A stretch of 48,397 nt of DNA from Gemmobacter sp. (GTDB taxonomy: Bacteria; Pseudomonadota; Alphaproteobacteria; Rhodobacterales; Rhodobacteraceae): NCBI GenBank assembly GCA_030683915.1, contig JAUXPG010000229.1, positions 1-48,397 on the forward strand. Reading direction: 5' to 3'. The notes under the pieces were generated by a model. It searched no databases, was not told the DNA's origin, and saw only the letters and a program-made list of their open reading frames with translations. Positions 1 to 8,645 of the stretch are shown here, piece after piece. Within the stretch, counting starts at the first letter, position 1; every line of letters starts with the position of its first letter. The position numbers were made by a program, and so were the translations under genes.

Positions 1-1172
1 TCGAAGGGCAGTGACAGGTCGCGCGCGTGCCGCTCCTCGCCCAGAAGGTCGGCGACCACCGCCAGCAGGGCGTCCAACCCTTCGCCGGTCAGCGCCGACA
101 CCGGCAACACATCCGCCCGCAACGATGCTGCCGCCATCAGCGGCTCGCGCGCGGTGGGATCGAGCAGATCAAGCTTGTTCCACACCTCGAGCACCGGCAC
201 ATCGGGCCGCACCCCGAGCGCGCCAAGAATCTCCACTACATCCGCCGCCTGTTCGGCGGTTTCGGGATGGCTGATGTCGCGCACGTGCAAGATGAGGTCG
301 GCCTCCAGCACCTCCTCCAGCGTGGCGCGGAAGGCGGCAACCAGTTGGGTTGGCAGGTCAGAGATGAACCCCACGGTGTCTGACAGGATCACCTTGCGCC
401 CCGCGCCGCCGTTCGGCGCAGGCAGCACGACGCCGCGCATGGTGGGGTCCAGCGTGGCAAACAGCATGTCCTGCGCCAGCACGTCGGCCCCGGTCATGCG
501 GTTGAACAGCGTGGATTTGCCGGCGTTGGTGTACCCTGCCAGCGCCACCACCGGAAACGGCACCTTGCGCCGCGCGGCGCGGTGCAGTTCGCGCGTCTTT
601 ACCACGCGTTCCAGCTGGCGCTTCAGCCGGATCACCTGATCGTCGATCGCCCGACGGTCAGATTCGATCTGCGTCTCGCCCGGGCCGCCGACAAAGCCGA
701 AACCGCCGCGCTGACGTTCCAGGTGGGTCCAGGCCCGCACCAACCGCGTGCGCTGATAGGACAGCGCGGCCAGTTCCACCTGCAGCACACCTTCACGGGT
801 GCGCGCGCGGTCGGCAAAGATTTCCAGAATAAGCCCGGTCCGGTCCAGCAGCTTGACGCCCCAGGCCTTTTCCAGATTACGCTGTTGAACCGGCGTGACC
901 GGGCCATCGACCAGCACCAGATCGACCTCGGCCTCTTTCAGCCGCTTTTCCAGATCCTCGACCTTGCCTGACCCAAACAAGGTGCCGGGTTGGGCCCGGG
1001 GCAGGCGCACAACTTCTGCGCCGCACACCGTAAGGTTCGGCAACGCGCCTGCCAGCGATACAGCTTCGGCCAGCCGGTGATCCGGCAGGCGCCGCCCCTG
1101 ATCTGATTTCAGATCGGGGTGAATTACCCAGGCCCGGGTGGGGCCGGGGCCGCTGTCGGCTTCGCGGTTCAA
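1..1172 (-). CDS. hflX: GTPase HflX (3' end runs off the window)
   Basis: Hand translation from TTG at 1172 ([20 protein letters not shown]...). G1 [12 protein letters not shown]2 FATLDPT, G3 DTVGF. Start overlaps the hfq stop. Absent from the ORF track because there is no stop in the window. Confidence 0.95.
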   Translation of the reverse strand, partial: MNREADSGPGPTRAWVIHPDLKSDQGRRLPDHRLAEAVSLAGALPNLTVCGAEVVRLPRAQPGTLFGSGKVEDLEKRLKEAEVDLVLVDGPVTPVQQRNLEKAWGVKLLDRTGLILEIFADRARTREGVLQVELAALSYQRTRLVRAWTHLERQRGGFGFVGGPGETQIESDRRAIDDQVIRLKRQLERVVKTRELHRAARRKVPFPVVALAGYTNAGKSTLFNRMTGADVLAQDMLFATLDPTMRGVVLPAPNGGAGRKVILSDTVGFISDLPTQLVAAFRATLEEVLEADLILHVRDISHPETAEQAADVVEILGALGVRPDVPVLEVWNKLDLLDPTAREPLMAAASLRADVLPVSALTGEGLDALLAVVADLLGEERHARDLSLPF

Positions 1173-1402
1173 TCCTCGCCTTCGTAGAGGCTGATGGGCT
1201 GGCCGGGCATGATGGTGGAAATGGCATGCTTGTAGACAAGTTGCGACTGCCCGTCCCGGCGCAGAAGCACACAGAAATTGTCAAACCAGGTGATCACGCC
1301 TTGCAGCTTGACCCCGTTGATCAAAAAAATCGTTACAGGAATCTTCGCCTTGCGGACGTGGTTGAGAAATGCGTCCTGCAGGTTCTGTTTATCGCCAGCC
1401 AT
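1169..1402 (-). CDS. hfq: RNA chaperone Hfq
   Basis: [14 protein letters not shown]...[10 protein letters not shown]...YKHAISTI Sm motifs. ATG at 1402. Confidence 0.98.
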   Translation of the reverse strand: MAGDKQNLQDAFLNHVRKAKIPVTIFLINGVKLQGVITWFDNFCVLLRRDGQSQLVYKHAISTIMPGQPISLYEGED

Positions 1403-1531
1403 ATTTTTTTGCCTTTGTCGCGTGTTTTTCTTGGCGTTGGTGTCGCGGACTCCTCCCCGCGGTCCGACTATGAAGCGGGATCGGCGGAGATTCCAGCACA
1501 AAAAACAGCCCGTTACGGACCTAGTTTTGCC

Positions 1532-3049
1532 CTACCGGCGCCAAGCCGCCGGCAAAAGGAACGCGAGCAGCGCCAAGGTTTCCAGCCGGCCCAGCACCAT
1601 GCAGGCCGCAAGCACCGCCTTGGCCCCGTCGCCCAGTCCGATCCAGCCGCCATCGGCCAGTTGGGTGACACCGGCAAGCGGGCCAGTGGTGGTGAGTGCT
1701 GCGACAGACAGCACCACCGCCCGTTCGAACGGCAACCCCAATGCTGCAAGGCCCAAGTTGGCCGCGCCCAGCGACAAGGCAAAGAGCATGAAGAACACGA
1801 AGGCGATAAACGCCCCTTCGCCACGCATCTGCCGCGCGGCCGGGCCGCCGCCGCCCACGGAGGACGGGTCCGACAGGCGCCCCATCTCGTGACGGCCCAG
1901 ACTGTAAAGCGCGTAGACCCGAAGCAGCTTGACCCCCCCTGCCGTGGTCGCCACCCCGCCGCCCATCATCACAAGGCCCAAAAGCAGCAACCCCGGTGCC
2001 TGAAGCCCCGACCAGACCCGCGCATCGGTCCACCCCTGCGATTCGAATCCGGTGGTGGTGAGGAAGGACAGCACGGTGAAGAGCGCCCCCCACAACGCGC
2101 TCAGCCCCCCCGCAAGGCTGGCGGGCAGGTCGCTTTCAATCGCGCCAATCCAGTGGCGCAGGAACAGCGCCCCCGGAACCGCGACCAAAAACAGCGCGGC
2201 CACCCGCAGTTCCGGGTCGCGCCACAGCGGTCCGCGCGCTTCGGAATAGGGCGCGCCGGGCAAGAGCCGCCGGGTGAGGGCCACCCCGAGGGCCAGCGCC
2301 AGCACCGCCTCGCCTGCAACGCCCGATGGTGCTGCGGGAAGGCCGGTCAGCGGACTGATCCCCGATGTGGCCAGCACCGCCATCGCATGCATCACGGCGA
2401 CCAGTGCAGGGTCGCCCGCCACCGAAAGCGCAATCCAGACCGCGATGGTCAGGCCCGCATAAACCGGAAACACCAGCTTTGCCTGATGCAGCAGGCGCTG
2501 CGCGGGGTCGGTGCTGGCGCCGGTTTGCCCCGGTTCAAGCCGGATGCGGCCCAGCGAGGCCGGGGCAAACACCTCGAACCCGCCAAGGTTCTGCGGCGCG
2601 AGAATCGCCGCCGCCGCGACCAGCGTGAAGAACCCGCCCGCCCAGCCCACCAGCCCGCGCCACAAGTGCACCGAAGGCGGCAACCGGCCCGGCGTGTCAT
2701 AAAGCGTGGCGCCGGTGGTCGTGAAGGACGACACCATTTCAAACCACGCGTTGAAGAACGATGTGTCGGGCACCGCCACCGCGAAAGGCAGCGCCATCAC
2801 CGGGGGCAGCATCAGATAGGCCAGGACCAGCGCGCGCAGATGGCTGCGCGCCGGATTGCGCGGGCGGAACCCCTGCGTGACAATCCCGAGCAGCAGCGCA
2901 AACGCCAAGACCAGCGTGCCGGAATAAAAGAACGCCCGCGCCACTGCATGTTGGCGCACCACCACCCCATGCAGCGCGGGGACATACATCATCAGCGCCG
3001 CAATCCCCAGCAGGACCACCGGCAAGGGCAGGGCGGGCCAGCGGGTCAT
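1532..3049 (-). CDS. trkH: TrkH family potassium uptake membrane protein
   Basis: Polytopic membrane protein with four pore-loop motifs (FTTTGAT, LATSGIS, LTTTGFE, LTTTGPL), GGVK and LGRLE. Directly downstream of trkA. Confidence 0.9.
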   Translation of the reverse strand: MTRWPALPLPVVLLGIAALMMYVPALHGVVVRQHAVARAFFYSGTLVLAFALLLGIVTQGFRPRNPARSHLRALVLAYLMLPPVMALPFAVAVPDTSFFNAWFEMVSSFTTTGATLYDTPGRLPPSVHLWRGLVGWAGGFFTLVAAAAILAPQNLGGFEVFAPASLGRIRLEPGQTGASTDPAQRLLHQAKLVFPVYAGLTIAVWIALSVAGDPALVAVMHAMAVLATSGISPLTGLPAAPSGVAGEAVLALALGVALTRRLLPGAPYSEARGPLWRDPELRVAALFLVAVPGALFLRHWIGAIESDLPASLAGGLSALWGALFTVLSFLTTTGFESQGWTDARVWSGLQAPGLLLLGLVMMGGGVATTAGGVKLLRVYALYSLGRHEMGRLSDPSSVGGGGPAARQMRGEGAFIAFVFFMLFALSLGAANLGLAALGLPFERAVVLSVAALTTTGPLAGVTQLADGGWIGLGDGAKAVLAACMVLGRLETLALLAFLLPAAWRR

Positions 3050-3052
3050 GGC

Positions 3053-4429
3053 CTAGAAATAGTCGATGGAGACCTGCAACAGGCGCTCCACCTCGGGGAT
3101 GTCACCGACAAGGGCGAACAGCGTGATCACGTCGCCTTCGTCGATCCGCAGCCCGGAGTGCGGGCGCAGAACGTCTTTCCCCTTCATCACCATGCCGACC
3201 AACACCCCTTCGGGAAAGTTGACCTCGCGCACCAGTTTTCCGGCAAGCGGCGAGGTTGACAGCACCTGCGCCTCGATCACCTCGGCCTCGGCATCGCCAA
3301 GGCTGTAGATTGCGCGCACCCGGCCATGCCGGATGTGTTTCAGGATCGAAGATACGGTGGTCGCACGCGGGTTGATGTAGGCGTCCACGTCCAAGGCGGC
3401 GATCAGCGGCACCAGCGTCGGGTCGTTGACCAGCGCGATGGCCAGTTTGCAGCCAAGCTGTTTGGCGCGCACCGACACCAGCAGGTTGGTCTTGTCATCG
3501 TCGGTCACGGCCAGCACGGCGTCGGCGCGGTCGATGTCGGCTTCCTGCAGGATCTCCATATCCATGCCATCGCCATTGAGCACGATGGACCGTTCCAGCG
3601 CGTCGGCCGCCAGTTCGGCACGCTTGCGGTCCCGTTCGATCAGCTTGACCCGGACCCGGTCGGACCGCGATTCCAGTGCCTGCGCCACCGCAAGGCCCAC
3701 GTTGCCTGCCCCGACGACGACCACGCGTTCCTGTTTTTTCGTCGCCTTGCCAAAGATTTCCAGCGTGCGCTTCACATCGTCGGCGTGGCTGAAGACATAG
3801 ATCCGGTCGCCGGGAAACAGTTGGTCGCCCGGATCGGGCGCAAACAACCGGCCATCCCGGCGGATGCCGACCACAATGGCGCGCAGGGTGGAAAACAGGT
3901 CCGACAATTGCCGCAACGGCGTGTTCAGCACCGGGCAATCATCCTCTAGCGCCAGACCCAGAAGCTGCGCGCGCCCGCCCAGAAAAGCCTCGGTGTCAAA
4001 CGCGGCCGGGGCCGCGATGCGCTGAAGCGCGGCCAGCGCCACCTCGCGTTCCGGGGAAATCACCACGTCGATCGGCAGGTGATCCTGGCGGTACAGATCG
4101 GAATAGATCGTTTCCAGATAGTCCTGAGCGCGCAGCCGGGCAATTTTCCGTGGCACGCCGAACACCGAATGCGCGACCTGACAGGTGACCATGTTCACCT
4201 CGTCGGAATGGGTGGCGGCGATGATCATGTCGGCATCGCGGGCGCCCGCGCGTTCCAGCACCGAAGGGTACGAGGCAAAGCCCGCCACGCCCTGCACGTC
4301 GAGCGTGTCTGCCGCACGGCGCACCAGATCGGCGTTGGAATCGACGATTGTGACGTCGTTGCGTTCCCCGGCCAGATGGCGCGCGATCTGCCAGCCGACC
4401 TGTCCGGCCCCGCAGATGATGACCTTCAT
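3053..4429 (-). CDS. trkA: Trk system NAD-binding subunit TrkA
   Basis: MKVIICGAGQVG start at 4429. Two RCK domains (second GAGNVG), 458 aa. Confidence 0.97.
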   Translation of the reverse strand: MKVIICGAGQVGWQIARHLAGERNDVTIVDSNADLVRRAADTLDVQGVAGFASYPSVLERAGARDADMIIAATHSDEVNMVTCQVAHSVFGVPRKIARLRAQDYLETIYSDLYRQDHLPIDVVISPEREVALAALQRIAAPAAFDTEAFLGGRAQLLGLALEDDCPVLNTPLRQLSDLFSTLRAIVVGIRRDGRLFAPDPGDQLFPGDRIYVFSHADDVKRTLEIFGKATKKQERVVVVGAGNVGLAVAQALESRSDRVRVKLIERDRKRAELAADALERSIVLNGDGMDMEILQEADIDRADAVLAVTDDDKTNLLVSVRAKQLGCKLAIALVNDPTLVPLIAALDVDAYINPRATTVSSILKHIRHGRVRAIYSLGDAEAEVIEAQVLSTSPLAGKLVREVNFPEGVLVGMVMKGKDVLRPHSGLRIDEGDVITLFALVGDIPEVERLLQVSIDYF

Positions 4430-4524
4430 GTCCGCCCGCCCCTTTGCTGATGCCGGTGACGCCCATGCTTCGCAGAAAGGGCCCTTGGGGTCAATTCCAT
4501 GCCGCGCCGCGGCGCGACGGGATC

Positions 4525-5421
4525 TTAGCGCACTGGCGGCACGCGTTTGAGGTAGGCGGCGACGGCTGTCCGGTCGGTTTCGGGCAGGCGGGCGAAATTC
4601 GCGACCACCAGCGCCATGTGCCCGCCCGCGCTGTCGTAATCGGGGGTGAACCCGGTTTCGAGGTAGGAAGCGATTTCCTCGGTGGTCCAGTCCAGCGCGC
4701 CGGGGGTGATGTTGGGCACGCGGCCCTTGCCGCTGGCATCCGGGCCACCGGCCAACCACCGCCCGGTGTCGGGCGCGCCGGTCAGCGTGTCACGCGGGGT
4801 GTGGCATTCGCCGCAGTGGCCCAGCACCTCGGCCAGATAGCGGCCGCGCTGTTCCTCGGGGGTCAGATCGGGCGGGTCGATGACCCAGCCCTGCCGCGCA
4901 AAGGCCAGCTTCCACAGCCCCAGCCCGCGCCGGATCTGGAACGGCAGCGGCAGGTCGTGCGGTTGGCTTGGGGTGGCTGCCGCGGGCAGGGTGGCGAGAT
5001 AGCCATGCAGGTCCACCAGATCCTGCGCGGCCATGCCGCGGTAGCTGTCCCACGGAAAGGCAGGGTAGTAATGCTGCCCTTCGGGTGACACGCCGGCCAA
5101 CACCGCATTGGCCAGCATCGGCACCGTCCAGCCGCCGATGCCATGCACCGGATCGGACGAGATGTTGGGGGCAAGGAACGCCCCGAACGGCGTGTCAAAC
5201 CGCTGGCCGCCTGCCAGCACCGCGCGATCGTCACCTTGCGCGCCCGGTGCCATGTGGCAGGACGCACAGCCCGAGGCATGAAACACTGCCTCGCCGCGCG
5301 CGGGATCGGCGCTGAGTCCGGCGAATTCCGCCGGGTCCATGCGCAGGGGCCGGGTCATCCACCACCCGCTGGCACCCGCCACCAGCACCACACCGATCAG
5401 GGCATTGCGCCATCGGGGCAT
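4525..5421 (-). CDS. Diheme cytochrome c (membrane-anchored/periplasmic)
   Basis: N-terminal hydrophobic segment, two CXXCH motifs (CASCH, CGECH), APNIS/PNITP and YYPAFP motifs. Start MPRWRN after an AAGGAG RBS. Confidence 0.88.
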   Translation of the reverse strand: MPRWRNALIGVVLVAGASGWWMTRPLRMDPAEFAGLSADPARGEAVFHASGCASCHMAPGAQGDDRAVLAGGQRFDTPFGAFLAPNISSDPVHGIGGWTVPMLANAVLAGVSPEGQHYYPAFPWDSYRGMAAQDLVDLHGYLATLPAAATPSQPHDLPLPFQIRRGLGLWKLAFARQGWVIDPPDLTPEEQRGRYLAEVLGHCGECHTPRDTLTGAPDTGRWLAGGPDASGKGRVPNITPGALDWTTEEIASYLETGFTPDYDSAGGHMALVVANFARLPETDRTAVAAYLKRVPPVR

Positions 5422-5494
5422 GACAGTCTCCTTGGTTGCTGGGCGCGAGTGTGTATTGCCCACCCCGGCACTGTCCAGCACCAAGACGTCCCCC

Positions 5495-5686
5495 TCACGG
5501 GCTTGCCAACGGCACCTTCGGCACGCCACCCCGGTTGACGCTCAGCGCCTCGGGCCAGCCAAACAGCAATTCAAACCCCGCGATGCCAAGGCAAAGCGCG
5601 ATCACCCCGGCCCACATCAGCACGCGCTGCGTCGAGGGCGGGTTACGGGCCCAACGGGCCATACGCAGGAACCAGATCGGGTTCAC
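5495..5686 (-). CDS. Small membrane protein (63 aa), hypothetical
   Basis: GTG start overlaps the hpt stop. [11 protein letters not shown] is followed by one TM helix and [10 protein letters not shown]. Confidence 0.7.
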   Translation of the reverse strand: MNPIWFLRMARWARNPPSTQRVLMWAGVIALCLGIAGFELLFGWPEALSVNRGGVPKVPLASP

Positions 5687-6231
5687 GGCGCCGGGGTTAA
5701 AAACCGCACCTTGCCGATATAGGGCAGGTTGCGGTTGCGTTGGGCGTAGTCGATGCCATAACCCACGACGAATTCATCGGGAATGTCAAAGCCCGTCCAG
5801 GTGGCCTTGATGTCAACCTCGCGCCGCGATGGTTTGTCGAGCAGCGCGCAGACTTCCAGCCGGCGTGGTTCACGGCTGAGCAGCAGGTTCTTCACATGGT
5901 GCAATGTGAACCCGGTATCGACGATATCCTCGACCACCAGCACATCGCGCCCGGCGATCTCACCCCGCAAGTCCTTGAGAATACGGACTTCGCGGCTGGA
6001 GTGCATGGCGTCGCCATACGAGCTTGCCTCAAGGAAATCCACCTCCACCGGCAGGTCGATCTCGCGCACAAGGTCGGCGATGAAGATGAACGACCCGCGC
6101 AGCAGCCCCACAACCACCAGCTTGTCGGTGCCTCGGTAATGCGCGGTGATCTCGCGCGCCAGCGCCTCGACCCGCGCGGCAATGGACTTGGCGCTGATCA
6201 TCTGGTCGATGGCATAAGGCATGTGCGACAT
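5683..6231 (-). CDS. hpt: Hypoxanthine phosphoribosyltransferase
   Basis: [15 protein letters not shown] motif, [19 protein letters not shown]. Confidence 0.96.
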   Translation of the reverse strand: MSHMPYAIDQMISAKSIAARVEALAREITAHYRGTDKLVVVGLLRGSFIFIADLVREIDLPVEVDFLEASSYGDAMHSSREVRILKDLRGEIAGRDVLVVEDIVDTGFTLHHVKNLLLSREPRRLEVCALLDKPSRREVDIKATWTGFDIPDEFVVGYGIDYAQRNRNLPYIGKVRFLTPAP

Positions 6232-6303
6232 GGGCGCCTCTTGATTTCCCGGTCCTGTTTCCCCCATAGGGCTTGGCGATGCGTTCCGCAACAGACCAGA
6301 CCG

Positions 6304-6759
6304 ATGCCCCACCACCACGAGACCCGCGTCCTGCCCTATGGTGCCCGCCAGATGTATGATCTGGTGGCCGATGTCGCGCGCTACCCCGAATTCCTGCCGT
6401 GGAACGCCGCCGCGCGCATCCGGTCCCGCACCCCCATGGCCGACGGGCGCGAGGTGATGGAGGCCGACCTGATCATCAGCTTCAAGGTCTTTCGTGAAAA
6501 GTTCGGCAGCCGCGTGGTGCTGGACCCGGCCGCGATGCGGATCGAAACCGAATATCTGGACGGTCCGTTCAAGCACATGAAATCCACCTGGGATTTCCGC
6601 GACCACCCGACCGGGTGCGAGGTGGAGTTTCTGGTCGATTTCGAACTGCGCAACGCGATCTTGCAAAAGGTGATTGGCGTGGTGTTCCACGAGGCCATGC
6701 TGCGCATCGTGCGCGCGTTCGAAACGCGCGCGGCCAAGCTTTACGCGTCGGGCGGCTGA
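6304..6759 (+). CDS. Coq10/RatA (START-like) family protein
   Basis: [24 protein letters not shown] and FETRA signatures. Confidence 0.88.
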   Translation: MPHHHETRVLPYGARQMYDLVADVARYPEFLPWNAAARIRSRTPMADGREVMEADLIISFKVFREKFGSRVVLDPAAMRIETEYLDGPFKHMKSTWDFRDHPTGCEVEFLVDFELRNAILQKVIGVVFHEAMLRIVRAFETRAAKLYASGG

Positions 6760-6766
6760 TGCCGGA

Positions 6767-6988
6767 TCAGCGCTTCGGGCCTTTGCCCCGTGGCGCCGCG
6801 CTGTCTGCGATGCGGCGGGCGGCCTCGGCGGCGGCACGCAGTTCCTCGGCGATTTCCTCGGCTTCCTCGGGATCGAAGTCCAGCGGCAGGTCAATGCCGT
6901 CAGCTTCCAGATAAATGCGAACCATGCCTTCGGTCGTCGGGCCGATCTGAAGGTTTGCGGCGATGTCGCTTGGCGTGTCGATGCCCAT
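6767..6988 (-). CDS. Conserved small acidic protein (DUF6324-like)
   Basis: [18 protein letters not shown]...[23 protein letters not shown] before the ATG at 6988. Confidence 0.75.
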   Translation of the reverse strand: MGIDTPSDIAANLQIGPTTEGMVRIYLEADGIDLPLDFDPEEAEEIAEELRAAAEAARRIADSAAPRGKGPKR

Positions 6989-7081
6989 GTGATCCTCCTG
7001 CGTGCCGGTCCGGGTTAGCGCCCCTTGGCCCCCCGCGCAAGTGTGGCTGGACATTCGGCCCTGCGCGTGGAGGATGCGCGG

Positions 7082-7561
7082 ATGGACGCCGAATTCCGCC
7101 TGTTCACCTCAGACGATGCCGACTGGCTGGTTGACCGGCACGGCGCGCTTTATGCGCGCGACGAAGGGTTTGACGCGACCTTTCCTGCCTTGGTGCGCGA
7201 CATCGTCGATGCCTTTGTCGCAGGGCACGACCGGGCGCGCGAACGCGGCTGGATCGTGTGGCAGGGCGCTGTGCGACTGGGGTCGATCTTTGTGGTGACC
7301 GAGGCGCCGGGCGTGGCCAAACTGCGCCTTGTTTTGCTGGAGCCCCACGCGCGCGGCACAGGGGTGGCGCAGCGGATGCTGGACACCGCGCTCGCCTTTG
7401 CGCAGGGCGCCGGATACCGCCAGATGCGGCTTTGGACCCATGAAAGCCACCGGGCCGCCGGGCGGATGTATGCGCGCAACGGCTTCACGCTGGAGGCCAC
7501 CGAGCCGCGTCATTCCTTTGGATGCGATGTGGTGGCGCAATTCTGGGTGCGCGATCTTTGA
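7082..7561 (+). CDS. GNAT family N-acetyltransferase
   Basis: Acetyl-CoA motif ARGTGVA, LWTHESHRAAGRMYARNGF. GGAGG RBS upstream. Confidence 0.88.
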   Translation: MDAEFRLFTSDDADWLVDRHGALYARDEGFDATFPALVRDIVDAFVAGHDRARERGWIVWQGAVRLGSIFVVTEAPGVAKLRLVLLEPHARGTGVAQRMLDTALAFAQGAGYRQMRLWTHESHRAAGRMYARNGFTLEATEPRHSFGCDVVAQFWVRDL

Positions 7562-7611
7562 TGCCAAACCTGCTTGCAATCATCCGAGCGCGGCGCTAAA
7601 CCGCCGCCAGT

Positions 7612-7688
7612 GCCGGCTTAGCTCAGTTGGTTAGAGCACCAGATTGTGGATCTGGGGGTCCCCCGTTCGAGCCGGGGAGTCGGTACCA
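7612..7688 (+). tRNA. tRNA-His (GTG)
   Basis: Cloverleaf GCCGGCT/AGTCGGT, anticodon arm CCAGA-TTGTGGA-TCTGG, GTTCGA T-loop, encoded CCA. Confidence 0.97.
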
Positions 7689-7771
7689 TCTGCACCCACC
7701 CGTCATGTTCGGTTGAAGTCTGCCCTTTACGGGCTGTCGTCGCATGGAAACTGCGACGGTAGCATATAGGG

Positions 7772-7805
7772 TCGGGGCGACCCAACCTTGGCGGGGCCGC
7801 CCCGA
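7772..7805. terminator. GC-rich hairpin between convergent tRNA-His and SH3 gene
   Basis: TCGGGGCGACCC...GGGCCGCCCCGA near-perfect inverted repeat with no strong U-tract. Confidence 0.45.
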
Positions 7806-7811
7806 AACGGA

Positions 7812-8456
7812 TCAGCGCACGATGGCGACCACCCGGCGATCCGTCCGTTCAACGATCACCGGCAGACCGTTGACATAGGTGTAGGACAGTTCGCTTTCCG
7901 GAATATCCCGAAGCGTCACCGTGTCCGGCAGGCCCGCACCGACCACAACTTCGCCGTCCAGATAAACAGGGTCGACCGGGTTGGAACGGACATAGGTGAC
8001 GACTGTCGCATCCGGCGCGATGGCCCGTCCGGTGCCCGCGCCAAGTGCCCCACCGGCGAGTGCGCCTACCGGGCCACCCACCGCCGCGCCCAAGATCGCG
8101 CCGACGGTGCCGACAACCAGCGCCGCCTCGTCGCGCTGGCCGTCATAAGTGACGGTGGTCACCTGATAGGCCGTGCGGTCTTCGACAATCGTGGTCCCCT
8201 TGTCGCCGGTCAGATAGGTCCCCGAGGCCCAGCCCTGCGTCGCCCCATGCGTCACGCGGCACCAGTCCGCCGCTTCAAGGCAGCCATCCACCTGCACCGC
8301 CGCCTGGGCGGGAATGACTTCGAGCACGGCAAAGCCGGGGCCGGGCCCTGCGCGCAGGTTGAGGTCAGTCCAGGCCACAGCCGAGGTTTGGGCATGGGCC
8401 GATGCGGCGAACACAAGGCAGGTGGCCGCAAGCGCGACAGAAGATTTCACAGACAT
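7812..8456 (-). CDS. Secreted SH3-domain / DUF1236-like protein
   Basis: Signal peptide (AHA|Q), SH3b DLNLRAGPG...GC...WC...GWASG, Gly-zipper segment, C-terminal VYLDGEVVVGAGLP. Confidence 0.82.
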   Translation of the reverse strand: MSVKSSVALAATCLVFAASAHAQTSAVAWTDLNLRAGPGPGFAVLEVIPAQAAVQVDGCLEAADWCRVTHGATQGWASGTYLTGDKGTTIVEDRTAYQVTTVTYDGQRDEAALVVGTVGAILGAAVGGPVGALAGGALGAGTGRAIAPDATVVTYVRSNPVDPVYLDGEVVVGAGLPDTVTLRDIPESELSYTYVNGLPVIVERTDRRVVAIVR

Positions 8457-8645
8457 GGCAAGCTCCTTTGTTACCAAGGGCGACCCGCACCGCATCCGAT
8501 GCCCGGTGTCGGGCATGCGGGGCACGGCGTCAGGGGCGCACCTGGGGATAACCGGAACCGAGCCATAGGGTTCCTGCACCTGTCGTGGCGGCATGCGCCA
8601 CAGGGCGGGTGCCGGGCGCCGGGACGGGCTTTCCGGCGTGGACCG

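Noticed and set aside
6304-6759. RatA as a toxin-antitoxin system
   Set aside because: No RatB/PasI partner is adjacent, and the family is better explained as a Coq10-like ubiquinone-binding protein.
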